From Gonapodya sp. JEL0774 (taxonomy: Eukaryota), in contig JADIIX010000034.1 in NCBI GenBank assembly GCA_027604505.1, positions 1 to 64,000 of the forward strand: a stretch of 64,000 bases of DNA. Reading direction: 5' to 3'. Shown piece after piece: positions 12,255 through 24,827 of this stretch; position 1 is the first letter of the stretch; each line of letters starts with the position of its first letter. A program made the position numbers and the translations under genes. Below the pieces are notes generated by a model. That model saw only the letters and a program-made list of their open reading frames with translations, was not told the DNA's origin and did no database searches.

Positions 12255-14724
12255 ATGTCAGCCCCCGATTCGACCTTCTCGCACCCATCACTATCGCCAA
12301 CAGTCTCAGACCGTCCGCTGACTGTTGGCTGTGTCCTTCCCGTGCGACATCCATCAAATTCGGCAAGCTTCCACCGTGCAGTCATTCTTTCGATTCAACA
12401 CGATCCAACACCAACCGATCAGTCACTGGAGAGTGGAGAAGCGTCCACTTCCTATTACATTCACATCCAAGGGTGGAATAAGCGTTTGGACACATGGGTC
12501 AGTCACAACGACCTGCTGACTGGAGAAGGTCAGGTGGAGTGGCCTGTAAGCGAGTCGGAGATCAAGGCCAAGAAGATTAGCAAATTGGAGGAAAAGAGGG
12601 AGAAGGTGCGAGAACGGTACAGACAAAAGAAAAATCGTCGAGAGGGGTTAGGGAGGTTTGAAAACAAGACTTTTTCCGGTTCCGAAGATGCATACGACAA
12701 CGCTGAAGTGAGAGCACAGACGGGTTAAGAGATATTTTTCATACCATTTGTTGAGCGCAGTTTTTTCTAGGTGGCAGCATCTCTCGGCTCTGTCGTCTGC
12801 GACGCCCCCACTCCCAGTTTCAATTCTGCGAAATCGCCTATTTCACACGCCATTGCTCCTCCGATTCCAACAAGTATCTCCAATGTGACCGACTCTGCAT
12901 ACCCTTTTGCTGCTCAAGTCCTTCAATTTTACCCTCGTTCTTCAACGGCTTCGCCCTCTTGTCAACCAAGCGATCCAGCCTTTGCGGCTGCCATTCTTCC
13001 TCCTCTTGCCACCCTTGCGAGACCAGTCCGGGAATCATGTACCGAGAGAGGGAATCTACCTTTGAATGAGAAAGCACTGAGCATTGAGCTCGACATCGAG
13101 GGTCTTTCCGACTCGTCCGGGCATCGCAACAACCACCCCTCCGATTCCGATCGTGCCTCGAGTCCTGCTCCTTCAATCACACCTTCCGTATGTGTTTCCG
13201 TTTCGTCAGTATCAAGGTCTCATCGTAGCTCGATGACACCAATATCCACGATTGCCTCACCTGTGAGGTTTGACGGCCAACCTGCTCAAACACACGCGCG
13301 TTCATCACCCTCCGATTCTGGCTCACCTAAAGTGGCATGTTCATCGGCTGATCGGGAGATGGCAGAGCTCAAAGATGGCGAGAGTATGGGCCAACAGATG
13401 AAGTCACACATGGTGAAGAATGTGGGCAGAGTGGCTCTGGGCGATTGGGAAATGGACGCCTGGTACTTCTCGCCATATCCAGGTACGTCGGGAAAAGTGG
13501 GGAGAAAGGTAGAGCAGATGCTCCTATGCGATGCACACTGGTACATACACAATGCAACTTCACCTACCGTCTTTACACCCAACAGAGCAACATACCCACC
13601 AACACACCCTGCCACTTTGTAGCTTCTGCTTATCGTCTTTCCCTAGCTATACATGCCTCCAACGCCACCGCAAGAAATGCTCACTCCAACATCCTCCAGG
13701 GGACGAGATTTATCATGACGGGATTGGCGCGGGAACTCGAACGGGAGTTTTATCATTATGGGAGGTGGATGGACACAGACAGGGAACTTGGTGTAGGAAT
13801 TTGTCCCTCCTGGGGAAGCTGTTTTTAGATCATAAGCAGGTGGCCTTGGGGGTGGATATCTTTTGGTTTTATGGTGCGTACAGATACACGTCAAAAAATT
13901 TCAAATTCGCTTCTGTCGCCTTTTCTATGATCCGTTTGCGTCCTTCCAACCTCAAGTTCTCACCACTTGCGATGAACGAGGGCATCATGTAGTGGGTTAT
14001 TTCAGCAAGGAGAAGCAACCAGAAGATAAAAACAATCTCGCGTGCCTTCTGACTCGTGAGTAAGCGTTTCGAGTTGTTGGGTTTGGTCTGTTTTCACAGT
14101 TTTAACAATTTCACACTCCCAACTTTCCCTCGCGTGCTCGCTCCAGTACCTTGTCACCAAAGGAAGGGATACGGAAGAATCTTAATTCACTTCTCCTACC
14201 TTCTATCGCTTAGATCTGGTATACCTGGTACACCAGAGCGGCCCCTGTCGGACCTCGGACTGCTCTCCTATCTTTCCTATTGGTCCGATCGAGTGTGCTC
14301 CCTGCTGTCTAGCTGGGGTGAGAACACAGTGTCGATCGACCGGATCGCAAATAGTTTGGCGATGTTGGCAGATGATGTCGTTTTGACACTTCGGTTTTTG
14401 GAGGTAGTCCGGGTAGTTAAGGGATCCTTCGTGATAGTTGTGACGGATCGGATGAGTCAAATTGCGGAGAAAATGAAATTGAAAGGTTGTGGCGTGGACG
14501 AGGATATGTTGCATTGGGTCCCACCTGAGTTCAGGCGAGGAACCCTTGCCGGGCGGGCATTGGGTCTGGAAACTACAGCACGCGGAAAGAAAAATGAGCA
14601 GAAGGGTACGGGAAACGGAGAAACTATGGAGGAATGGGTGAAACCTGTTGTGAGAAAGGGGTACCGCATGGAGGAGGACGGCTCCGTGGTCTTGGGAGAG
14701 TCTCAGAAAGAAGGAGGATATTAA
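12255..14724 (+). CDS. MYST-family histone acetyltransferase with N-terminal Tudor-knot/chromo-barrel domain (Esa1/Tip60/MOF-like, divergent)
   Basis: [24 protein letters not shown]2HC finger CSFC-x12-H-x3-[46 protein letters not shown]. Confidence 0.95.
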
Positions 14725-15067
14725 AATCTTAGAAGCAGAATGAAGGGTGTATTGTAAAAGTCGACAAAACAAATGCAAACAAATGTACTCTAAATTTTAT
14801 CATTTCGAAGAAAATCAATTTTCTGGTTGAGTGGGAGTCGAACAGATCACGTGACCTAGGCTCAGGAAGCCAACCCACCTCAACACGTTCTCGAAATCGA
14901 AGACCTGAATCAAAGGAGCGTCTGGACTGCAAATCACTTGTTCTCGACCTTGCATAATCCTAGCAGACTTTACTTTGGTCTGGGAGACCGTCTGGTTCCA
15001 CCCGACTTTAATCCACGGTCGTATTTCGTTGGCTTTCGACTCCTGATTCGTTGAATACCGCCTCAAA

Positions 15068-18000
15068 ATGTCTTTTTTATCAAACGACATCCTCACTCGC
15101 AAGGCAGGGAAGGGAATCGGAGTGGTCTGGTCCGTTTTGGTGTTCGCACTGGAATCTCCCCTATTCTTGTATCTCACATGTTGTATGGTTATCGATTCAC
15201 CCGACAGGATCGCAGCTCATGTGGGAACCAAATCTTCCATGAAAAAACTCACGAAAAAAGAGGTCCAGGGAGTCAACGTGGTGGAATGCTGGTACATATT
15301 GCTGGTGTCAATCGATTGACACGTGTGATCCATAGTTCTTGCCATTCATTTCATCTGTTATCCTTTGTGATCCCGCTTTGCTAACGAATTTGGATCTTCT
15401 CCTTCAAATATTCGCCACCAGCAACTACATTGTCGAACCGCCGGAGCCATTGGCTCTGAGGCTTTCTTCTAATCTGATGGTCGGAGTCACTAGAATTCTT
15501 CTACAGCAGTACATGTTTCATCAAAGTGAGGCTCTTGGAAGCTTGATGGGAACCAGATCGAGGGTTGAACGGGAGGTGGCAAGCACCCATGAAGAGAGAC
15601 TGATCAATTTGCCTGCTGTAAAATATCCTATTTGCCACGGAGAGCAGTGCGGTAGTGGTACGGACTACGAAGACAATTCAGATGACGGCAGATCTGCTGC
15701 AGTTCTGGAACCCGGCAGACAGAGCAACCATTCAAGTCTTTTCTCACAGTTTTGTGCGGAAGGTCTTTGTTTTCGGTTTCTTTGAATCTCACTGGTGATG
15801 TTCCCCCCTTCCTTTCCTCGAATTGTTTTCAGCGGACGTCACCACTTTCCACCTCCGCCTCCGGGCAGCAGCCAACGAGGCGATGGGAGGAAAGGCAGAC
15901 GTCGATATGAGAGAGCCCGAAATGCGTGAAGAGGCTATTACGTTGAGAGTTGGTGCCGAGATTGATAGGGAAGGGGGTCTAGTAATGGGGGTGAGTATCA
16001 TCAATGTCGTGATGCGTGGGCGCGATTGGGTGTGGCTGCCCAGAAAGAGACTGTAACGCGAACTCGCATAAGCTCGTTCGTCAGCTGTGGTTTTCACAAG
16101 TTGATCGCATTCCAACGCAATTAAGCACCATTCTTAATGTGTACTCTGATGTCTCAGGGACCCTCCATAGCTTTCGGCTGGCTGCACCCCTCCGATCCAT
16201 CCGTAGGCTCTCTGCTTTCGAGGTCCCAGTCACAAGGCCAGCCTCAGAGCCTTTCCCAGTCGGCCTCACAGCTTGGCTCTGCCACGGCATCAATTTCGGA
16301 CACAAGGCTACTGGCAGAGCCAGGATTTCAAAGATTAGCGAATTTCGAGAAATTTGGCGGGGGGAGTCAGAGGAGTGAAAATGGATTGGGAGATGGGACT
16401 GGAGGTATGGCGGGAGCAGGAAGGTCGAACAGTGTCGGCGTGGGCAGGCAAGTATGAAGATCTTCTCAGCGATTTGACGTTGCTGATTACCGATCACCCC
16501 AGACGCTCCATTTCTCTTACACTACCGTCTGATCCTCTTCCTGGTGTTGATCCATACGCATACGATCCCGCGGCGGACCCCCTCAATGACATGTTCGCTG
16601 GATGGATGGATCTCGATCTAGGTGAGGTTGAGAGGGAGCATAGGATCGGGAGAGAGAGAAGGGATAAAAGAAAGAAGAGAAGGAGAGAGGATGGGAGTGA
16701 GGTTGAGGATGAGGATGAAGAATTGGATAGAGAGAGGGAGAGGGAACTACAGGTGAGATACGGGCATGGGAGTAACAGGAGCCATTCTTGTCCTCAACGG
16801 CCTTTCTGCAATTTTACTGCGTAGCCCGACCTCTTTGGCGACCTCGATTTCTTTCACCCTGCGCCCGCGCGTCGGGCGGACGCCAAGTCACTCCCGACAC
16901 CCCCTCCAGAGGAGCCAATCGCTCAGCCACGCAAACCCACCCAGTCTCGCAAAAAGGTCAAAAAGGCTACAATAGACGACAAGCCAGATCTGGGACATTC
17001 TGACTTGTTCCCGAAGAAGGGAGCGCAGGCGGAGTGGATTGGGGATGTGCACGGATGGCAAATGTGGGAGAAGGTACGGGGAATCACGTGAAGATCTATC
17101 TTCGATTGCTTTAAATTTGCTTTGCCAGGAAAAATTGGATGCCGAGCGTAAGGCTGTAGCGGAGATTCTTACCAAGCCAGGAATATCGCGTGAGCGGTTG
17201 AACCCACCATCCCATACGCCCGTTAATGGTGATAACAGTTCCCTCACTGTTTCGTTTCCGCTACAGACGGCGCCAACACTGAGATTGCTTCGCTTTGGGA
17301 GAAGCACGTCATTGGTCCTCGCAAGCTTCGTAAGTAACTGTGTTTCCCACTATCAACACGCCAGCTAATACTTCGCGTGGCACATTGAAGTTTTGTTGGA
17401 ACTTGTTGCCGATCCCACCCATCACATCTCAGTTATGCGCAAAAATGCTGCAAAAGGCAAGGGCAAGAAAGTTGGCGAGCTCGGTGCTGGAGCGGACGTT
17501 TCCATCTCAAACATAATGGATCTGGATCTTGTTATGAACCTGGATATGGATGTCCCTGTGCAATTCTCTGATAGGGACATAGAAGTAGAAGTGCCACGTG
17601 GGAAGAAAAAGGATGGTAGCTCAATGGGACTCAGCCCTGCGGTGTGGAGGAGGGATGGATCTGAGGATGGGACAGTGCAGACAGGGAGAAAGGGGGAGAC
17701 CCCGTGGAGTAACAGCATCGGTGGGGATACTGGATGGGAATGGGGAGGGGGCAAGTGAGTGTGCACAAAGTGCACCATGAAAGTGCTTTGTTCAGCACTC
17801 AGACGGCTAATGTTGTCCCTTCCAAAGGTCCTCCTTATCGGGTGGGGGACGTGGATCAGTTTTAGGCAGAGTAGGCTATTCACCACTTTTCAAGGATGGG
17901 GAGCCCGGGGGAATGCTGGATGGTGAGAATGTGTATGAACGACAGACGACTTAGTGTGACTTTTTCTCACACCACACAGATCTGCCATTTGATGAGGATG

Positions 18001-18449
18001 ATATCGAGATGGCGGATATGGCTCGCGAGACGCTCAAATTCTTTAAGTGAGTTCGCCAGTTTCTTGGAGTGGCGATATGATTAAACATTAACGTTTCTCG
18101 TCTCCCGCACCATCACAGTTTCGCACAAGGTGTTCTCAAAAAAGCACGTACAGACGTTGTATATTTCAATGATCTGCTTGGTCCGAAGCCAACACGAGGA
18201 GACAAGTCGAACAAATTCCATGCTCGTGAGTTTTTAAAGAGAGAGATTGGGAGCAGTTTATTGGTGTGAACGTTGCGTGGACTAGTGTATTTGTGTCTTT
18301 TACAACCTTCGTTTCCCTAATTTCGAATAATTCTTTCAGTACTCTCACTCTCGACAAGAAATATGATCAGCGTCAAGCAAGACGAGCCCTTCGGAGACAT
18401 AGAAATCAAAATCAAAAAGGTGGCCGTCGCTGCGGCTCCGGTCAAGTAG
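15068..18449 (+). CDS. REC8: Rad21/Rec8 kleisin cohesin subunit, most like meiotic Rec8
   Basis: N-terminus MSFLSNDILTRK..GIGVVW|IAAHVG..KKLTKKEV..VNV, PLALRLSSNLMVGVTRI; C-terminal winged-helix motif LLSLSTRNMISVKQDEPFGDIEI. Rec8 versus Rad21 assignment is from motif memory; middle exons uncertain. Confidence 0.8.
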
Positions 18450-18803
18450 ACGTGAGAAAGGGCTATAGGACGTAAAACGTTGGTTGCTGAGGGCAATACG
18501 TAGTAGAAACTAGGAAAACAATTGTTGCACTTTCTATAAAATCTCACATTTTCCAGAAGCACGAAAAGTGACCGTGCGTTGTGGGATCACTAGTGCCACG
18601 GAGCTTGTGAAGAGGCGGCCCTCCTCACCCCGTTCCTGGCTTGAAATTTATTCGGGAATCTAAAGATGAGCGGAAAAGGTGACTATTTAAACCGAGCTGT
18701 CACGCTACTCTGGCCGATTTTGTCTCCGTGTTGTCATTCCTTCGTGCTCATTACCTTTGGTTCGGGACGTTCACCATCCTGCACTCGGCTTTCATCACCA
18801 GCC

Positions 18804-19906
18804 ATGACCTCCCTTGCCCGCCTCCCTATAACCTCACTCTCGGTTATCCATTCCCCAACCCTTCCTGCCCTGTTGGTGCCTGCATCCCGCAATTCTGTTC
18901 TCCAGTCCCGAACACAGTCATCCGCAGTTGTGAAGACAGGTGACAGCCGAGGAGCAAAAGGCGGAATTGAGGCATTAGTGGGGAAGAAGGCTCCAGGTGA
19001 GTTGATGGTTGGCAGACTCTCCGATGCTATCTCTCTCTTATTCTCGACCGCACATGCAAATGATGTTGACTACAGAGTATGTCGTCACCAAGCTTGACGA
19101 TGTTCTCAACTGGATTCGCAGGGGCTCTATTTGGCCAGTGTAGGCGTTGGAGTTTTCCGTTTTGGGAAAAATTTGCAGACTCATGTCCTCACTCCTCAGC
19201 ACCTTCGGTCTCGCGTGCTGTGCTGTCGAGATGATGCACATGGCTGCTGCTCGCTATGACCAGGACCGTATTGGAATCGTCTTCCGTGCCAGTCCCCGGC
19301 AGAGTGAAGTGATGATTGTGGCAGGAACGTTGACCAACAAAATGGCGCCGGCATTGAGGCGTGTATATGACCAGGTATGACATGCCGCGAGTGGAAGACG
19401 ATGTTTGCGCACAATCTGAATGAGAATTAATGGTCTGGGCTTGTAGATGCCGGAGCCGCGATGGGTCATTTCAATGGGTTCGTGCGCGAACGGTGGTGAG
19501 TGGATTTTTCCTGTCGGAAGCGGATGTGAGACGAAAGCATAACTTCAATGATATTGCATTGCTTTCTTTGGACAGGTGGCTATTACCACTACTCGTGTAT
19601 GTTTCGTTGGAAGCGCTTCTTGTCTATGCAAACTTTGAGCCCGAATCTCATCCGCTCTTTCGACTTTTGTTCTTTAAGACGCTGTTGTACGCGGCTGCGA
19701 CCGCATTTTGCCGGTCGACATTTACGTTCCCGGTTGTCCCCCTAGCGCCGAGGCACTTATGTACGGCGTTCTCCAGCTCCAGAAGAAGATGAAGCGCACG
19801 AAGGCGCTGGAGATGTGGTGGAGGTGAGCTGTCATGGGCAAATATTTTCATTTTGTTGAAACTGGGTGAAACTGAAACCATCGCAATGTGTGCTTGCAGG
19901 AAGTGA
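18804..19906 (+). CDS. NDUFS7: Mitochondrial complex I PSST / 20 kDa Fe-S subunit
   Basis: [86 protein letters not shown]; Ser/Arg-rich presequence-like N-terminus. Confidence 0.97.
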
Positions 19907-20116
19907 TTGTTTTTGGTTTTAACTTCCTTTGCGGCGGTCGTGGATACTAGAATGTTTTTGTGTTATATCAACATTGAGCATGGCTGTCTTTACAGAATAG
20001 TAATCACGCGTCTCCGGTGGTAATGCAGAGGAGGATTGAACGGCTCGGACCATTTTGAACACAATCGTGTTTGACCTGTTGTTGGCTTTATGTAACCCTG
20101 TCCAGCCGGATTGGCA

Positions 20117-21200
20117 ATGTCACAGTCCACTGCATCGCGCGTTCTCTCCTCTTTGCGACAACTTTTGTATCCCCATGGCATCGATCTCGTCCTCCCGTTC
20201 CATTCCGAGCAATATAATCAGTCTTCCGTATCCCAATTACCTTCACTTCCGGGCACCTTCAGTCCACTATGTGTTCTAATAGGAAACTCAAAAAAGGCGT
20301 GGGATCCTTTCTTGACGTGGCTTGGAGACCTCCCTCTTCGACTTCAACTCCCCGACCCGTTCGACGATTGGTGCAACGGGCTTATCTCGGAAGCAGTAAA
20401 CAAGGCTCTTGGTGGCAACAATGAACCAAGGAAGGTTGTGAATGGTGATCGCGCGGGGATGCACTGTTGTCATGTGGAGCATCCATCCATCACTGGATCT
20501 GGTCTTGACAGCCCCGCCGACTACCACCTCATTTTCAGCAGTCTCCCTCCGTTCACCATTTCGTTTCAGCGGTGCTCAGCGGCGACGATGCAATGCTTCC
20601 TCGATGAAACCGTACATCTGGCGCTGCATGAAGAGGGGAGCACCACGTTTCTCACCTGTTGTTTGAAACCTTGCTCTCATCCTCTTCATATCACTCGTGG
20701 CTGCAGCTCGGACCTTGGTTTGGCCTTCGCGCAATAGCCATCTTCGACATCCCGTGCGATGAATTAATCACGACTCTGATTCCCCAACACGGATACGATC
20801 CCCACTACTCTGAGAGTCAGCTTGACTGCCTGAAAAAGCTGACAGGGCCGTTGTTCGCTAGCCTCGTTCCTAGCTTCCAAGCGGAACGCGAAATAGAAGA
20901 AGTGGAGCCAAAACGAGTACGCCTCTCCCAACTGGAGACTCCACTGGTGCCAAAAGATAATCCTTGGTGGGCACCATGGGTGCATGTTCGATATATGTCT
21001 GGTGTTTTCGCTGGAACGAGCGAGGACCACAAGTATTCGGACGAGCAAATGGAATACCATTATACGAAAAGTAAGGTAAGAGACCATAGATCCTCCTATT
21101 TGAAACAGAGTCATTGTGCTTGAGAGTTGCTCATCTTTACATGCGGAATCAGGATGTACTGAAACGTTCATTAAAACTAACGGCGGCTAGTAGAGGTTGA
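20117..21200 (+). CDS. MMACHC: Cobalamin-processing chaperone CblC/MMACHC-like protein
   Basis: GIDLVLPF...YN, LIGNSKKAW..F, DPFDDW, FQR, FLDETVHLALHEE-LGPWFGLRA, W..VR, YSDEQMEYHY match the CblC family pattern; final exon ends at TGA 21198-21200. Confidence 0.8.
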
Positions 21201-21617
21201 ATATGGTTAAGACAAATACACGCAACCCATAATTTCAGAAGCTTTTTCAATTCTCTGAATTCAGCTTGTTAAGTGCGATGTAATTATCATTTCAGTGATG
21301 GTTGTCATTATTATGTGCGAACCGCCCCTTCCATTACCTGTATCACAGATCTACAAAACCCTCCAGCAACTTTACTAACGACAAATTGCAACCAACCCTA
21401 GAATAGGAAAGGAAAAATACACGAAAGATGGAGTGAGTCCAGCGGAGCGAAGAGGTGCTGGGAGGGAGAGGTTGCATGTAGTGGCAGTCAGTAGTGCTGG
21501 CCCGCCGATCACACATGCACCAACGGATTCTTCAAAAAATTCCGAGAAAGTCCCGGACACCGCCGCTGGTCGGCACTGTATCCATTCGTTCAGGTCGATT
21601 GCTATCGGTACTTTGCT

Positions 21618-24614
21618 ATGGCAACAACGCGCATGGGTTCCTTGCGCCAAAAGGCGTGGAATGCCCGTGCTGGAATGGGAACCATTCACACATCTTCACC
21701 TGCACCATGGCAGTCCGTGAAAACTCACCTGACTGATGCACCACCGCCGAGCAGCTTCATCTCTGGTTTGACATCAATGATGGCCAAACGCGAACTCAGC
21801 TACTCTTGTCGACGACTTGTCTCGAGGTACTCGCATAGCGCGAACGGACATCGGGGACCCCTCTTTGATCCTGTTTGGCTACCAACCCGCCCCTCTACAG
21901 TGGAAGTTAATGGATGTCGTGATATTCTTTTGAAATCGCCACTTGTGGACTCGTTCGACCGTCAGTTTCAAACCTCCACCACTGGACGTGATGTTCACCG
22001 ACATAAGAAGATTCCAAAAGGGGATCGCCGGCCATTGCGCTCCGAGCGCACGACATTCTTGGTTTCATTTGGTGGCGTGGTCCTTTTACTGTCGATTCCG
22101 TTGTATGCTTATTACTGGATGGGAGATGGGGATGTCAAGTTTATGTCGGTGGGTGACGTGTTTGGGTCTCAGCATGCCGGTTGCCACCCGGACCAATATT
22201 ATTCGCTCTGTGTGTCTTAGGCAGCTGTATCTCGCTCGTTCCGAGTTGCTTATCAAGTGGTTGCGATTATCTTGGACTACAAGATCTCTCTTTGGAACGC
22301 TCCATTATCGATTGAAATGTTGAAAGAGGAAGCGAACCGAAGCGGAGTGATTCTCTCGGCTGCCGCTATCGCCGAACAGGAACGCAAACTGGCGGAGTTT
22401 GAGGAGAAAAAGAATGCTGTGCATAAAAGGTCTGCGGATCGGTTATTGGATGTTTGTCAGAGAAATGGCGGAGTGTATATCAAGCTGGTTAGTGCGAGTC
22501 TCTCCTCAAGGGTGTAGCAATCGTATACCAAGCACTCTCGGAAACCCTAGGGACAACATATCGCAGCAATGAACTATCTTCTCCCACCAGAATATACGAG
22601 CACCATGAGGCCACTTCAAGATCGATGTCCTCTGACCCCACTGTCCGACATCGAGGAACTGTTTCGCACCGATCTTGGAGTCGAAATGAGGGATGTCATT
22701 GTTGACTTTGATGAAACGCCGCTGGGTGTGGCGAGTCTTGCTCAAGTTCACCGCGGCTGGATGCGAGTGAACCGTGACGCTGCGCCCGTGGAAGACAACG
22801 GTCGAAACGCCATTTCTCTTTCCGCTGGGACATATTCGTACATCGAAGATGTCGCGGAAGAGTTGGCGGTACCCGTTCCCAAGTTTAAAGCACCGCCTAC
22901 ATCGGGCACAATCAACGGGGATCAATCGGAACTGGTCGAGGTTGCAATAAAGATACAGCATCCGAATCTCGACATGTTTTCAAAGATTGACATGGAAGCT
23001 GTCGTTCTCGCTGTTAAACTCGTCAAACGCGCTTTCCCTCGTTTCGAGTTCGGCTGGCTCGCCGATGAAATGCAGACGGTAGGTATTTTGCGATGCTGCG
23101 CAAGTCACCATACCGCACTTTTTGTGACGGTTTCATGTCGTTTTAGAATCTCCCTCGTGAACTCGATTTCACGGTGGAGGCGTTGAACAGCAACAAGATT
23201 TCCGAGCTCTTTCAAAAGGCAGGAAATCACGTGATTCACGTTCCGAAGGTGTACTGGGCGGAACGACGAGTTATGACCATGGAGTGTAAGTACGCTTCTG
23301 CGGAAGAGGGCAAAAAAACTTGAATGTGACAGGCTGGAGATCAGTTGTGCACGGCAGCCGATTAGACGACCTCTCTTACCTTCGCGAGCATAAGATTGAC
23401 CCTCAGCACGTGTCCGCTGAGCTTTCCGAGGCCTACAATCAAATGATCTTCAAGTTCGGCTTCGTCCACGCCGACCCTCACCCGGGCAACATTTTGGTTC
23501 AATCTGCCATGCCCAAGCCGAGTGTGCTTTCCGACTCGCCGACAAATTTCCGACTCCTCCTGCTTGACCACGGTCTTTATCGGTCTCTGTCCCCGTCATT
23601 CCGACTCGACTACGCGCTTTTGTGGTCCGCTCTGATATCTGGTGATGCTGAGATGATTCAACAGCAATCGAAGACTCTTTTCGATCAGGTTGGTTTCTTT
23701 GGGGGTCTGCTTTCGTGCATCTCACGATGATGTGGCATTATTTTCGTATGTTAGGCTCGACGAGCAGAGTACGCCAGCCGTAAATCGAAAACCGAGAATT
23801 TACCGGATTACAACTCTTGGGTCGAACAAGAGTACGGTGAACGCGCCGACGGGAGCAAGGTGGACAATCGGGAGCCTGGAGGTCCCCGACTGAGCTCCAG
23901 TCACATTGTCTTCGCGAGTATTCTGACCGGGCGGCCTTGGAATGTGGCAAGTATCAACTGTAATTTTGAAGGTGTATCTGCACCAGCTAAGAAACAACTA
24001 TTATCCGAAGCTCGTTGACAGTGAGAAGAAGGGCGGGATCAAAAAATCGAGAATGGATTTCGGCGGGATGGCAAGATTGATCACGGACGATGAGCGGAGG
24101 AGAGTGAAGGAGTATGCAGGGACAACAACGTTCTTCCTTCAGGTATGTTGTACGCCCATTTGCACTTTTGGTGTGGGTTAATCTTATACATCATCGATTT
24201 CTCGACGAACAGGTTGCTGATACTTTAGCGCGAGTTCCCCGCGAGCTGATCTTGCTTCTCAAAACGAATGATCTGCTGCGCTCGCTGGACACTGCTCTCA
24301 ATATCAACCGGTCTCCGACCGGTTCGACAACCTCCGCCCACATGTTGCGCTCATTGGCCAGGACCGGGGAGTACTGCGCTGCGACGGTATTCGAGGGAAG
24401 GCTGCGGAGGATGGAGAAAGAGGGGCAGGTGGTGACCTGGTACAACTGGTGGTGGCTGGTTCTACGGAGAGACGATATCCGACATATATACTTTGACTTT
24501 TGGGACGTTCGTTTGAGACTCTGGGGACTTCGTCTGTGGCTGCGAGCGAACGAAACTTGGGAGGGAATCGCTGGGTGGCTAGTTTTGGGAGATATGCCAA
24601 TCTTCGGCATGTAG
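21618..24614 (+). CDS. ADCK1: ABC1/UbiB atypical kinase, ADCK1/Mcp2-like
   Basis: NGGVYIKLGQH (KxGQ), LQDRCP, PLGVASLAQVH, VAIKIQHP, ELDF, VMTMEF, GFVHADPHPGN, LLDHGLY, LLLKTNDLLR. Confidence 0.9.
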
Positions 24615-24827
24615 GAATCGGTCGCACGACAATTTTGGATAATAACACTGGTGATTCCCATAGAGTAGAGAGGTCCACGTAGCATAGCATGAAGGGTCAC
24701 AGAGCGCACATTTTGTCACGCTTTATAAAGGGACCTATGCTGGTTTCCTAGAGTGCACAAGGCAATGTAGAGACGTTAAAAGTTTGATTGTCTCCTAGAC
24801 TCTCACGTATATACATTTCAACAAGAT

